A stretch of DNA of 64,000 nucleotides, from NCBI GenBank assembly GCA_000934665.2, contig JYFJ02001216.1, positions 1 through 64,000 on the forward strand, written 5' to 3'. The notes under the pieces were generated by a model. That model was not told the origin of the DNA. It worked only from the letters and a program-made list of their open reading frames with translations, and did not search any database. The stretch's first letter is position 1; each line of letters begins with the position of its first letter. The DNA comes from Catajapyx aquilonaris (lineage: Eukaryota). The position numbers and the translations under genes were made by a program. This document shows positions 1 to 12,835 of this stretch, piece after piece.

Positions 1-48
1 TCAGGTTGCGAGGAGAGAGTCTTAACCACTAGACCACTGCGCTACTTC
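1..48 (-). mobile_element. tRNA-derived SINE head or tRNA pseudogene, 5' part, cut by the window edge
   Basis: The minus strand reads AGCGCAGTGGTCTAGTGGTTAAGACTCTCTCCTCGCAACCTGA. It has a Pol III A-box (TGGTCTAGTGG) and a D-stem (GTCT/AGAC), but the anticodon stem cannot pair. Confidence 0.5.
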
Positions 49-520
49 GATACTGACACTCTCTCCAGCATGTACTTATTGTAAAGAAAGGGCGCCATCA
101 CTTCAAGATGGGCTAATGACTTGCAAGGATATTTTGACATGTCTTTCTCTGCATAAACCTCCATGTTACAGTAAAGTTAAATGGTTTAACTCGAACGAAT
201 ACTTGAGTAACGTATTTTAATGTATAGAGCCAATCACATGCTATAAAATTGAAGCCTTTTTGATTCTAAATTTCCTTAATAATATACTGTACTTGCCTCC
301 CTGAAGACCTGGCCAACCTCCCTCTGCACACCGTAATTACTCGTAAATTGACCTGGAATCTCAATAAGGAAGAATTTACCGAGGGATAATATATTAAGGT
401 TCTTTATTAGCAAGCTTGCTTTTCTTTTTTTTCGATCCACAGTTATGGGCACAACACGCATTAGTAGCCTACATGAAAAAAATAATCTGCATAATCGCAC
501 ATATATGTAGATTCTGCTAG

Positions 521-716
521 GTATGACTGTGATGACGGTGATGATGGTGCTGCAATATTCCTTCGAGCGTTCTTCTCTGGATTTCTTGGTCCTCCTCCAG
601 GGGGTTTATGTGAACAGGAGCTCCGTCCTGCATCTGAGGAAGACTGGAAAGATAGATGTGAAGCTATTGGCCATCCCTCACTATATAGAGACAGAGACAT
701 TAAGTACGACGTATGA
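521..716 (+). CDS. Probable terminal exon of an upstream gene (YDCDDGDDGAAIFLRAFFSGFLGPPPGGLCEQE...KYDV*)
   Basis: Acceptor ttctgctag at 512-520, then 64 open codons to TGA 714-716. The DC..AxxF..G..C pattern loosely resembles the late exons of family C. I could not place the upstream exons. Confidence 0.4.
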
Positions 717-1328
717 AATCGTAGATTCGGTTATGTTGAAGTAAAAAAGGCGTATTTATTAGTAGGCCTATAATATTGTGCATATTGTATACAATACACA
801 ATGTTATAGGCCTATTAACAAATACGCATTTTTTACTTCAACATAACCGAATCAACGATTTCATACGTCGGAGTACCAAATTCAAGGGGTACCAAGGAGT
901 ACCCCCTTGGACGTTAATTTACACTTTTGGTGATTTAAAATGGCGATTTGAAACCAGAAGCTTCCCATCATAGGTTCAGTCATGGTATAGTGGCATACCA
1001 CCATTATTATTGAGAAATGATAACCCTGTAATATATTATCAGATTATGAGAATCCATATTACAACTACAGACCCTCAATGGGCATAACTTCCGTAAGTAA
1101 TGAACGGCGTGCATAACCACTGCGCATTTGACTGCTTATAATGTTGATTGCTCTTAACTGAGTTAAAGTCATGCCCACAATATTATAAAAATGAGTGCAC
1201 AATTTTCTGGCATGACAAAGTGAATTCAGTCTGTATCATTCTTATCAATAGGAAAAAAAAACACCCTGATTGAATGGCAGGCACCTGATACACACCATTG
1301 CATTGGGATAAACTAGTCTGAAAACCCA

Positions 1329-2898
1329 ATGGGGTCTTTCACTGCTCTTCTGTTGGCCTGCGTCGCTGTCGGTAAGTCTTTTAAAATAATACTCTAGCCC
1401 ATTGCCACATGGCACAGTGCTATGAAAGGACACGTGCTTGTTTTCTTGAAGTCGCAGCGTCCCCTCTTCAAGGCCTGGACGACTCCTTTCTCCAGGAGCA
1501 TGGACACATGGTCATCTCCACGCAGGTGACGGAGAAGGACGACAACTTCCAATTCGTTGAACACGCTGGTGAGTTGACCTCCTAATGCCCTCGACCTCGT
1601 CTGAGATCCGACTTTGTCTTATTCAGATCTGGTCAGTACCATCGGATTCTGCGTCCGTAACTTCGAGAAGACCGGAGTCAGCGAGGCAGGACAATGCATC
1701 TCCAACAGCTTCAAGGGAAGGAAGGTCACTCTTCAGCTCCTCAAGACATTCCTCAAGCAGGTGAGACAATTCGACTAATTGGTCAACAGGCCTTTGACTT
1801 GTTTGCCGTGATTCCTAGACAGCTGAGAAGGCTAATGGCGACCTCGATGTTGACGTTGTTGTCAGCGACGATGTCGACGTCAAGTCTGTCTCCAAGGGAC
1901 TGACCTGGACAGGTGCTGGAACCGTCACTGTCAACGGTCAGGAAGTGTCGTACAACAGGACCGGACTTTTAAACTTCGGTGAACGTCGGGTGACTTTCGA
2001 AGAAGTGGTCCAGGCTCATAGCGTCACCGTCAACGGGGACAGTGTCGACTCTGGTGCAGCCACGTACTTGGACGTCGACATCAGCATATTCAAGAAGGAA
2101 ACATACACTCAGATGGGGACTGCCATCAGCCTCCACCACGGTGCAGGTGTTTCCATCACTGCTGATGACGGTTCCGTTACTGAAGCCACCAGAAGCGGAC
2201 AGGTGACGATCAACGGCAATACCATCGTCAAGAAGGAGGCCAGCAACCTTAATATTGACAGTGCTGGGATGGGTGCCGGTACCGAGATCAGCCACTACCA
2301 CAAGACCAACTCCAACGGTAGCGAGACCCACGTGTCTGCCTCCAAGTCTGATGCTGTCGACGCTTGGGGAAATATCAATATCGCATTTAGTAGTTCGGAC
2401 ATCCAGGTTAGTCCAATTTCATATCCATCGTGTTCCGTCGTGATTCAAAGACGCTCTGCATGATTTGATGCATTTCAGATCGATGCTATCCAAATGATTG
2501 GATTCGGCCAGCACATTTACGTGGGCAAACCTGCCGTTCGTCAGTACAGCACCGGTTCCATCATGAGGACCGGGGCCATATCGGGCGGCAACCAGAAATT
2601 CACTATCACTTCCAAGGGCCAGTTCATGGTCAGTGGAGTGGTCCTGGACTACGAGGACAAAGCTCTGGCCTCTTTCATTGGTGAAAGCGCATCCGACAAC
2701 AAGATCGTCACCCTCGAATCAGACACTTCCATGGACGCCACAGGAAGTGTCAATGGTACCGCCAATTTTGTGGTCACACCCGTCAAGGGAGACAAGAACA
2801 ACATCTGGGTCACAAGCAACATCACCTTCCACGTCTCTGGCAGCGGTAACATCAAACTACACGCTGACATCGAGGCTAAACTCCATGTACACAACTAA
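1329..2898 (+). CDS. Family A gene A1: secreted beta-strand-rich protein, 431 aa, 5 exons
   Basis: Exons 1329-1371, 1458-1568, 1627-1760, 1819-2406, 2479-2898; all GT-AG and frame-consistent (1296 nt). Signal peptide MGSFTALLLACVAVA; motifs LDDSFLQEH, LVSTIGFCVRN, TW, YNRTG, DYED; AATAAA near 2939. Confidence 0.88.
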
Positions 2899-3251
2899 TG
2901 GGAATCAGCCTGAAATATTCATATTTTCCTTACAACAAAATAAAAAACAATGAAATAAACAAAGGTTGATTATACGTAAACACGATTTCTCCCTCACACC
3001 TACTCAAAAGCCGTCGTAGTGATCAAAACTATTTAAACACAATCAAAGAACCATCATCTAAACACAACTATATTGCCCAACACAAGATATGCACTGTAGG
3101 GTTGCGATTACAACAATTAGTCAATAATATGCTGGCGTGGCAACTTGACCTATCTTATCAATATTAAGGTAAAGAGAAAAAAAACACACATACTGATTGA
3201 ACCTCACGCAGGAAGATAAACACATTTGGGATCAACTGGCCTGAGAACACA

Positions 3252-4825
3252 ATGCGGTCCTTCGCTGCTCTTCTGTTGGCCTGCGTCGCTGTCGGTATGC
3301 CTTCGTTAATGTTCAAGGACATTGTCACATCTCTTTGTTATCAAAATGACAAGTGCCTTTTTCTTGAAATTACAGCATCCGCGCTTCATGGCTTGGACGA
3401 CTCCTTTCTCCAGGAGCATGGACACATGGTCATCTCCACGCAGGTGACGGAGAAGGACGACAACTTCCAATTCGTTGAACACGCTGGTGAGTTGACCTCC
3501 TAATGCCCTCGTCGACCTTGTCTGAGATCCGACTTTGTCTGATTCAGATCTGGTCAGTACCATCGGATTCTGCGTCCGAAACTTTGAGAAGACAGGCATC
3601 ACCGAGGCTGGAAACTGCATCTCCAACAGCTTCCGGTCCAGGAAGGCCACTCTTCAGCTCCTGAAGACATTCCTCAAGCAGGTGAGACACTGAAGCATTT
3701 GTCTTAATCAGTGGGCTTTTATCGTGTGCGTCGTGATTCCCAGACCGCTCAGAAGGCTAATGGCGACCTGGATGTTGACATTGTCGTCAGTGACGATGGC
3801 AGCATCAAGGTTGGCTCTAATGGACTGACCTGGATTGCCTCTGGAACAGTCACTGTCAACGGGAAAGGTGTGGCCTACAACAGGACCGGACTTCTCAACA
3901 CCTCTGACAAGCGAGTGACTTTCGAGGAAGTGATCCAAATCTTAGGCGTCACCAGTAATGGGGACGACGTCAACGGTGGAGCAGCCATATACCTGGACGT
4001 CGACATCTACACGTTCAAGAAGGAAACATACACTCAGATAGGCACGAAGAGCAGCCTCCACCACGGTGCAGGTGTCTCCATCACTGGCGATGACGGCTCC
4101 GTCACCGAGGCCACCCGCAGTGGTCAGATGACCGTCAACGGCAATACCATCGTTCAGAATGACAACCAGACCGTAATCATCCAGAGCGCTGGGATGGCCG
4201 CCGGTACCGAGATCGGCCACTACCACAAGACCAACTCCGACGGTAGCGAGACCCACGTGTCTGCCTCCATGTCTGATGCCGTCGACACTCGCGGTAGTGT
4301 CGAAATTGACTTCGGTACCGATGAAATCGAGGTCAGCATTGAGTACAGTGCGGCTGATTTGGTAGGTTCATTATTGACAACTTATTTCAGATCGAGGCTG
4401 TCCAGATGATCGGATTCGGCCATCACATCTACGTGGGCAAACCCGCCGTCCGCCAGTACGGTACCGCATCTGTCCGAAAGACAGGCAGCGTATCCGGCGA
4501 CAAGAAGAAATTCACCATCTCGTCTCAGGACACGTTCATGGTGGACGGAGCCGTCTTGGACTACGAGGACAACGCTCTGGGGTCTTTCTTTGGTGAAGGA
4601 GAGGTGGACAACGAGGTCGTCACCGTCGGATCAGACGCATCTGAAGACGTCGTCGGAAACATAAACGGCACAGCCAATTTTGTGGTCACCCCCGTCAAGG
4701 GAGACAAGGTCAAAATCAGCGTCACAAGCAGCATTACCTCTCACGTTAGCGGAACCAACGACGGCAGCGGTAACATCAAGGGACACGCCGACATAGAGGC
4801 AGAGATAAAGGTCCACACCGAATAA
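3252..4825 (+). CDS. Family A gene A2: secreted beta-rich protein, closest paralog of A1, 5 exons
   Basis: Signal peptide MRSFAALLLACVAVA and the same intron positions as A1. ORFs 3711-4409 and 4406-4825 cover exons 4 and 5. Ends GHADIEAEIKVHTE. Confidence 0.88.
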
Positions 4826-5246
4826 GCAGCGTGAAGTATGTGCAACACACCGTCATTACGCTCAAAAATAATATTGTTAAAAGAATGTACGACAGTTGAA
4901 AATAAATCACACAAACTATAGCCATGAGAAATAATGACTGTTTTGTTTTCCTGTGAACATCGTCGTGTCTATTCCTCATTACCATTTTCAAAACGACTTT
5001 GAATGATTAGTTGTGCAATTGTCACATGGCAGTGGACAATGACACCGTTGAGCCCTTATTGATTGCGATTGCGGTGACCATTAAGTACACCTGTACTCCT
5101 GTAATAATACCTGTAATAATATGTGTGATAATAATCCAGCTTTGCAAATATCTTCCGCCTTATCTGAGAGATACAAGAACTGATTGAACAGCAAGCAGCG
5201 TGGCAGACTGACAGTTACAAAGTCGTAGGCCTAGCCTGTGGACAAA

Positions 5247-6853
5247 ATGAAGTTGTTGGCGGCCCTTCTGTTAGCTTGCGTTGCTGTTGGTAGGTGTGCT
5301 CAGTAGTTTCTGTCCATTTTTCGCATAATAATTAAAACCGAATTTCTCTCTGTGCAAAGTGGCAGCTTCTTCTCTGCAGGACCTGGACGACTCATTCCTG
5401 CAGGAACATGGCTCCAGATTTTTGTTAGAAGAAGCAAGTAGCGAAGACGAGGACTTCCAGTATACAGACTATGTCTGTGAGTGACTTCATGATGTGCTTC
5501 ACAAAAGGTCCCAACTAACATGTTCAATTCAACAGTTCTGGTCAGCGTCATGGAATTCTGCACGCGTCACTTGGAACGCGGTGACGCCAATGACGTCCTC
5601 GGATGCATGGGATACAGCCTGAGTGACCGAAAAACCACTCCAACGATGGTGCACAGCCTCATGAAGAAGGTACTGTACACTCTCATGTCATCAGAATCAC
5701 CAATGAGCAGCATCACAGGCCACTGGTGATGGTTAATAATGTTGTACAGTCTCTGAAAGGTGGGAATGACTACTTCATGGAAGTGGACATCACCGACGAT
5801 GCCAGAGTCACTCATGAGGCTGGGAAGGGCCTGAGATGGACCTCCACTGGTACCGTCAACCTCAACGGAACGACAATACCCTACACCAGAAGCGGACTTG
5901 CTGTACTCTCACATCAGAAGGTCACAATCGAGGAGTCGACACAGGTCAGGGAGGAGTTGATTAAGGCGGATGCATACCTGTACATGGATTTCGACATCTA
6001 CCAACTTGATGGTACGCAAATGATGTCCATCACCAACCTGCACCATCGTACAGTCGTCGCCGCCAATGCCAGCGACGGCACCTCTTCTCAAATCAGCAAC
6101 CGTGGTCAGGTCGTGGTCAGGATCATGGGAACAGTCGAGAAGGAATCGGACGGAGACATCAAGATGTACAGCAACTATACTGTCAGCAGTACCGAAATTG
6201 ACCGTGTTCGCACGACCACTTTTGATGATTCAGTGTGGACCCACGTAGACACCAGGTCTGAAGGCCTGGACGGTGACTGGTATGTCAACATCAGCTTCAG
6301 CAGTCCATCCGATGTCAAGGTTAGGCAATTTGATCCGGATCCAAAAGCAGTTGATTCAATCCATTGTTTTTTCCAGATTTCTGGCCATATGACCAATTTC
6401 GGCGGAGCCAGATTTTATTACGAGAATGGCGAGCCGTCGTTACGTCGCGGTGCCAACGGATTGGTAGACAAATCTGTTGTCATTTCTGGCACCAGAGACA
6501 AATTTAGAGTCACCAGTCACCACACAATGACATCGATGGGGTTCTCCGGCGGAACCTTACAGGGCAAGTTACAAGGCGTTCATATGGACTCGACGAACTC
6601 CACCCGATGCGTCGACACACAAATGGACGTCCTAGTTGGATCAGACAAGTCCGTCGACGTCAAGAGCAACACCAAGACCAGCAGGCAGATCACGATAAGT
6701 GACGTCCCTCCTAATGGACACACGGTAAACATCATCATCGACGACGACGTCAGTTCGCACGTCACCGTCAAGGATAACGGCGACAGTACCTTCACCGTGC
6801 ACTGCGACATGTCCGACAAGACGCACGTCCACACTGATGAATCTATGATATAA
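5247..6853 (+). CDS. Family A gene A3: secreted beta-rich protein, 5 exons
   Basis: MKLLAALLLACVAV; LDDSFLQEH; LVSVMEFCTRH..C. The 375-aa ORF 5726-6853 includes a 57-nt in-frame intron at 6320-6376, at the family-conserved position. Confidence 0.85.
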
Positions 6854-7264
6854 ACCATGTGTAGCAGGCAATAACAACTATATAGTTTACTTACTGGAAA
6901 TAAAACAATATGATAAACTCAGCTAGTGTTGTTTTAAGCAACATTTCCTTACAACCAAGTCTCCATTGTCCTTTTGACAACCACTCACTTATTTTTCGAA
7001 TACCATACCGATTTGCCATAAAGAAATTATTGCTCTCGGTAAAGTACCGTAATTACATAAAATGTTCAATCGGTCTAAAATGAATTTGTTGAAATTGAAT
7101 CAGTTTCTTCGTTAAATGACTTGCACTGTTTTTAAAGGTGATTTGGACATGTTGCCTAATCCTGCAGGTTGTGTTGCAACGATGGGACGCCTGTGATTGC
7201 CTTATCAACATTACGAAGGTACGCGTAGTGCCGACAGTGCGTCTGTCTAATCACATGAGAAAAC

Positions 7265-8867
7265 ATGAAGGTCTTGATCACATTACTTCTCCTCGCTGTT
7301 TCTAGTACCAACAGCAACAGCTCGAAAGATGAAACAGGTTCACACAAGGTGTACGAAGCCTCCTTGCAACAGCATCGAGTACACAGTCTGCTGTTTACTC
7401 CCGTGAACCAGAGGGATGGCAGTGACCAGTTCATTGACTATTCTGGTACGTGTTGTAGTCAAAATTAATATGCACATTAATTTTGAGATGACCTTTTTCT
7501 CAAGAGATATGGCCAGCACCATCGGCTTCTGCTTGCGAAATTATGAAGAGACGGGGATCACCGACGCTGCCATGTGCATGGGTAACACATGGAAAGACAG
7601 AAAGGTTGCTCCAGCTATGCTCCAAACTATATTCAGAAAGGTACTGCACATAATCTCAACGTACGGTATATCATTTCTTGCCATGCTTTATATATTTTTA
7701 ACAAGTTGGATGGTCTTACGAGTGAGGTGACTTATATATTTTTGGTTCACATGTCGTGCAGGCTTTCAGACAGGTCAAGGATGACGAATATCTCGGATGC
7801 GACATCAGCGACGATGCCACGATCCAGACCATGCCGGAAAATACCATAACGTGGAAGGCCACTGGTACAATCACTTGGTTGAACGGTACAGCCACGCCGT
7901 ACACCAGAACTGGATTGCTCAGTGTCTCTCTGACGAGAATAACCTTTGATGACGTGGCGCAGATTGACCAGAAAGGCCTTCAAGCACAGGCCGCAATCTA
8001 CGTCGACATCGACATATCCAGAAAGGTGAAGGACAACCTAGTGAAAATGATGGCCGCCGTCAATGGACACCACGCCACGAGACTCGCCCACACTGACCAC
8101 CATGGCTCATACCACGAGACCGGTCACAACGGACAGGTCGTCATCAATGTGGCCACAACAGCAGAGATATTTGACAGCGATGTCAAAGTGAACACCTTGG
8201 CCACAACCACTGCAAGCCAAATTGCGTATGTGAACGACTACTCTGCCGATGGTACCGTTAAGTCCCATACCACCCATGGACAGTCACATGCAGTCGATAT
8301 GGACGAGACGCTGGGGATTGACATCGGGTCTTCTCCTGGCAAGGTGTGTCTTCTTATAGGGTGGTACGGCCGCCAATACGGACTTGAAATATATTATTCT
8401 CATGTTCGCAGATTCTAGGCACACAATACCTTGTCGGTGCTGTTAGTTACTTCGTGGACGGAACTACCGGTTCCCCGCCCCGTGAGAACTACTGTGGAGA
8501 AATCACCAAAAATGTGACCCTTTTCGGAACCGCGGATGAACCTCTCAACATCATGAGCCGAGCAGATTCGGTGTATGCCAGCACATTCCGGGACGAAGAA
8601 GACCTGTTGGTGGCCACCACCACAGGTACTGGTGTCATCCAAGTACAACTGGACGTCGTTGTCGGACCAGGCAAGACAGAGACCGTCAAAGGAAATGGCA
8701 CCAGCAGCTTGCAAGTCGTCCTCTCTCCTGCGAATCGGGGACCAAAAACGATCTTTGACATTCACGACACTCTCACTGCTCAACTGAAGATTAAGGACAA
8801 CGGCGGCGATACCAGTACCGCACACTCTGACGTCAGTGTCACGGAACACATTCACGTCAACCATTAA
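7265..8867 (+). CDS. Family A gene A4: divergent member, 4 exons (no intron 1)
   Basis: MKVLITLLLLAVSS reads through to FIDYS G|gt. Next come DMASTIGFCLRN..C, a TW/YTRTG exon (ORF 7756-8418) and a last exon ending AHSDVSVTEHIHVNH. Confidence 0.82.
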
Positions 8868-9272
8868 TAAATATATACATCTAGTTAAAAAAAAAACTTG
8901 CAGATTTTCATTACCCAAAGCACCTTTCTGTAACGATGGCTACTCACCGAGCTCAGTATATTATAAATCCGAGTTTCTTTTCGAAAAATCATCAGTTTTC
9001 ATTGTTGACAACAATGCTATGACAATTATTCTGGTTACAATCGAGATTCTAAGATATACTGAGCTCGGTGAAACCGGCCCTAAATGGAGCTGACTGATTA
9101 CATTTTTATGGCAGAATTTTCATGTTAAATTTTTAATAGAAAATAAGAGCGACAGCGGCGGAGATCATCTTTGCACAATGATTGCCGGTATGATTAGCTT
9201 TATCAATTGCCCGATACATTTGAAATGAAATACGTGGCGGTGACCTACTCATTGCCTGTCTGATACAACAAA

Positions 9273-10785
9273 ATGATGAGATCCGTCGCTTTATTCCTGC
9301 TTGTTGGCCTGGTGGCTGGTAAGGTTGTCGCTTGATACTTTTAAAGAAATCATATAAATAACGTTTGATGTTACTTCCAGGCTCGTCATTGGACGACACC
9401 TTTCTCCAGGAGCACGGTCACAGGTTCCTCTCCAGCCAGGTGTATCAGAAGGGAGACGACTTCCAGGTGGTCGACTACGCAGGTGAGTGACTGTATACGA
9501 TGTTCCTTCGACCCCTTATTTTTGAACCTCCTTCTGGACAGAACTGGTCCGCACCATCGGCTTCTGCGTGCGAAACTTTCATGAGACTGGCATAAGCGAT
9601 GCCTCCTTTTGCCTGGGAAAAATCTGGATGGAAAAGAAGGCCACCATTCAGCTGCTTAAACAGGTTAGTGTTACTTCAGTTAGCAGTGTGGCACTAGTTA
9701 TTCACACTTCTTATTCAGAGTCTGAAGGATGGCACCACTATCACGGTCGACATCAGCGACGATGCAAGGCTCAAGGTGGAGGCATGGAAGGGGCTGTCGT
9801 GGGAGTCGAATGGAACAGTCGCCATCGACGGAGCTTCGGTGCCATTTACCAGGCAAGGTATGCTCAGATTCAACACCAAAAGAATCACCTTGGAGGAGAT
9901 GGCCCAGATCGACGGAGCGGATGCTGCCCTGTACCTCGACATTGATCTCCTGATCAAAAATATTGACGATCAGTTGTCCATCGCTTCTGATGTCAGCCTC
10001 CATTACGGATCTAGTTCGGAGACGAAGCTGGAAGATGGATCGGTCGTGGAGAACACCCGGAATGGGCAGGTCAACCTGGAGACCTGGACTCGGGTCATCA
10101 AGGGCAATGGAACCTGGACTGTGGCCACCCAAGGGATGCTGGCTGCCACCAGACTGGCCAAAATGGAAATTATCGACGCTGATGGGAAGCCCTCAGGTCT
10201 TGCAGTGGCCACTCAGTCCGACGCCCTCGATGCTCAGGAGGACTTGAAGCTCGACTTCAGCTCTTCTGGCATCAAGGTGAGGATTTACTTGAATGGTTGT
10301 CCGATATGTCGATGTTATAAATAATATTCTATGTTCAGGTCACTGGTGAACTAGACTTGAGCTATGCCTCGCACTTGTACTCGATCAATCCAACAACCCG
10401 AAATAGTGGTACCGGATACATCGTCAGGAGTTTGGACATTAGCCTAGGTCTAGGCAAGTTCAACGTGGACGCCCACGACGCAGTGGAACTTCACACAGAG
10501 GTGTCCGACTACGACGATAACCTGCAAATGACTGTCCAGACCCAAGGAGAATTGGACGCCCAGTTGGGGGTGGACTTCGGGTCGGACAAGCCCGTCGATG
10601 TCACCAGTACATCAAAGGGCAGCTTCAAGAACGTCAACACTTGGGTCCAAGGAGACGTGGTCACCGTCACCGTCGACAATACCGAAAATGGTCATGTCAC
10701 TGCGATGGTCAATGGCGACGGCACGGGTACCGGACATGCTGACGTCCACATCGTGATCACAGTGGACACCGCTGCAACAAAATAA
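9273..10785 (+). CDS. Family A gene A5, 5 exons
   Basis: MMRSVALFLLVGLVA; LDDTFLQEH; ELVRTIGFCVRN..C; SW/FTRQG; DYDD; ends GHADVHIVITVDTAATK, followed by AATAAA. Confidence 0.85.
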
Positions 10786-12835
10786 AATTCAACGACAGAA
10801 AATAAAATCTGCAGTTCATGCTGACAACCAAACCTTTTCATGTCATTTTTAAACGTTTTAAACAGGTCACCAATGTCCAATATAGTTAAAAACAATCATG
10901 AATGCTTTTAATGATGATGGTGTAAGCTTCAGCTCAGAGTAAAAGTCACGATCATTATTGTTAAAAAAAACCAATGCCATAAAGTGTGCACCTACAATAG
11001 CAGAGTAAATAGCAATAGCATTACTCACAGTTAGTACAGAGCTACAGATATATTCATCACGTATGATCGCCTTTTATTAGAAAATGCAATGGAGCAATAA
11101 ATTAATGCAGAATGTGTGTTATAACTTGCAAAATAATCGGTATAGCCGAGAAATTGCGGTATTATTGCCCTACAACTATAGACCTACAGCTTTACCTCTT
11201 TAAACAATGATTAGGCGAAAATATTCCTGTACAAAGTCAATATTTTACTACATGTTCGATAAGCTTGATTACGGTTAGTTCCAGGAGTTGGAAGGACTGG
11301 TGTCAGCACCAGTCAGAAAGAGGCACGAGTCTGTTGACAATGAGTCTTTCTTATCTGTCGCAGAGATACTGGTAGCCTGCGCAAAAAGTACTACAGCTGA
11401 AGATAGCAAACAGTGTTATCCTAATCAAACAATGGGGGCAAAAAACACGCAATTTTTTTTTGAGAATGAGAAGAAAACTTGGCATCGTCGCATCCACTCA
11501 TAGTGCAATGTTATCAAGTGGAGGATTTTAAATCACACACACGCAAAAAATTACGCCACATGATATTACATCACATGGTCAAGTGGGTCTTTCCTATACG
11601 TAATAAAGTTAATGTCGTATAATTGCTCCGATAAATATTTTATATATATTATTTTCCAAGCAAAGCTTGATATACCGTATATTATTATGCTCTAGGTATT
11701 TCCAAGAGACTTGAGGAGCAGATGCAAATATGTAAAATTATGGATAAATGGTTAGTATAATATAATTATATGAATATTCAAGTGTTAATATAATGTTGCT
11801 TACCAAAGTGTTAGCTGTCGGTCCAATTAACCGGGGTGAAAAATCTCGATTAGTTGTAAAATGATATGTTGAGCTAAAGCGGCCATAAATTTCTTACAAA
11901 ATATTATACGTCATTGATAATAATTTTGCTCAGTTCCACATAACCAAATGTCCATCGCGAGGAATGTGTTATGTAACTTTGTGCTGCATTAAAAAGTGAG
12001 AGTAATTATTAAATTTTCACTTCTCCCAACAATGCAATATTTTGTAATTCAAATTACTATTTTTTCATCTCATATGAAACTTTTCAATCCGGGAATTTTT
12101 TCGACATGCAGCCCTTAATAGCTAGGAGATTTATTATAATAATACTGAATATCCTCCCTCACTTTTACATGGAACCTATTAACTGGCAGTTAAGTTTGAC
12201 CACATATTTTACCGAACATTTCTTTTCAAGTCCGCATGGCGGCTGAAATTATTTTTACCTGCACTTGATATCCGCGTCATTTACCTAACCATAGTAAGGT
12301 CAGAGTTCATTGAGCCCTAAATTTGAACACCAACAAACCGGATTCTCCATATCGGCTATAATATTTATTCTCAGTCATATATTATTTGCCTGGGAAAAAC
12401 CTGATTGCAATCAAAGCCTGCACCTGAGTACACATTGCCTCAACTGCAGCAAAAAATTGCATGCTCTGTGTAACACGAGGGGCCTCGAGAGGTCACGTAA
12501 CCATCCCCCTATGAGTGGACACCGATAAAAAAATTTGACAAGTGTCACCATCCACTTGACAGAGAGCGAGATACGCTGGAAGGCAGTCGAAGGACGCTTC
12601 TGAAGTGGTGGTAAAGTCCGCCGGTATCTCACTAGCCCCGATTTATTTCAAGAGTGTTTGCTATTTCACACATCATCATTTCCTCTGATTGCGAGTCATA
12701 CGTTTCGTAATGTACCGGCCAGGACTGGACGATGAGAGAGCAAAAAAAGTGCAGATCTGTAGATAAGAAATGAAATAAAAGTCGGTGCCGTCCGTCAGCA
12801 CTTCGGAGTTTTGATACGTGCCTGATCTCTCCACC

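Noticed and set aside
1..48. Functional tRNA gene
   Set aside because: The anticodon stem does not pair and the 3' half is outside the window; more likely a SINE head.
883..909. Hairpin CAAGGGGTAC-N6-GTACCCCCTTG
   Set aside because: Short isolated palindrome with no supporting element context.
10800..12600. Intergenic gap between A5 and A6 as a hidden family member
   Set aside because: No signal exon or family motifs found on either strand; AT-rich with possible repeat debris.
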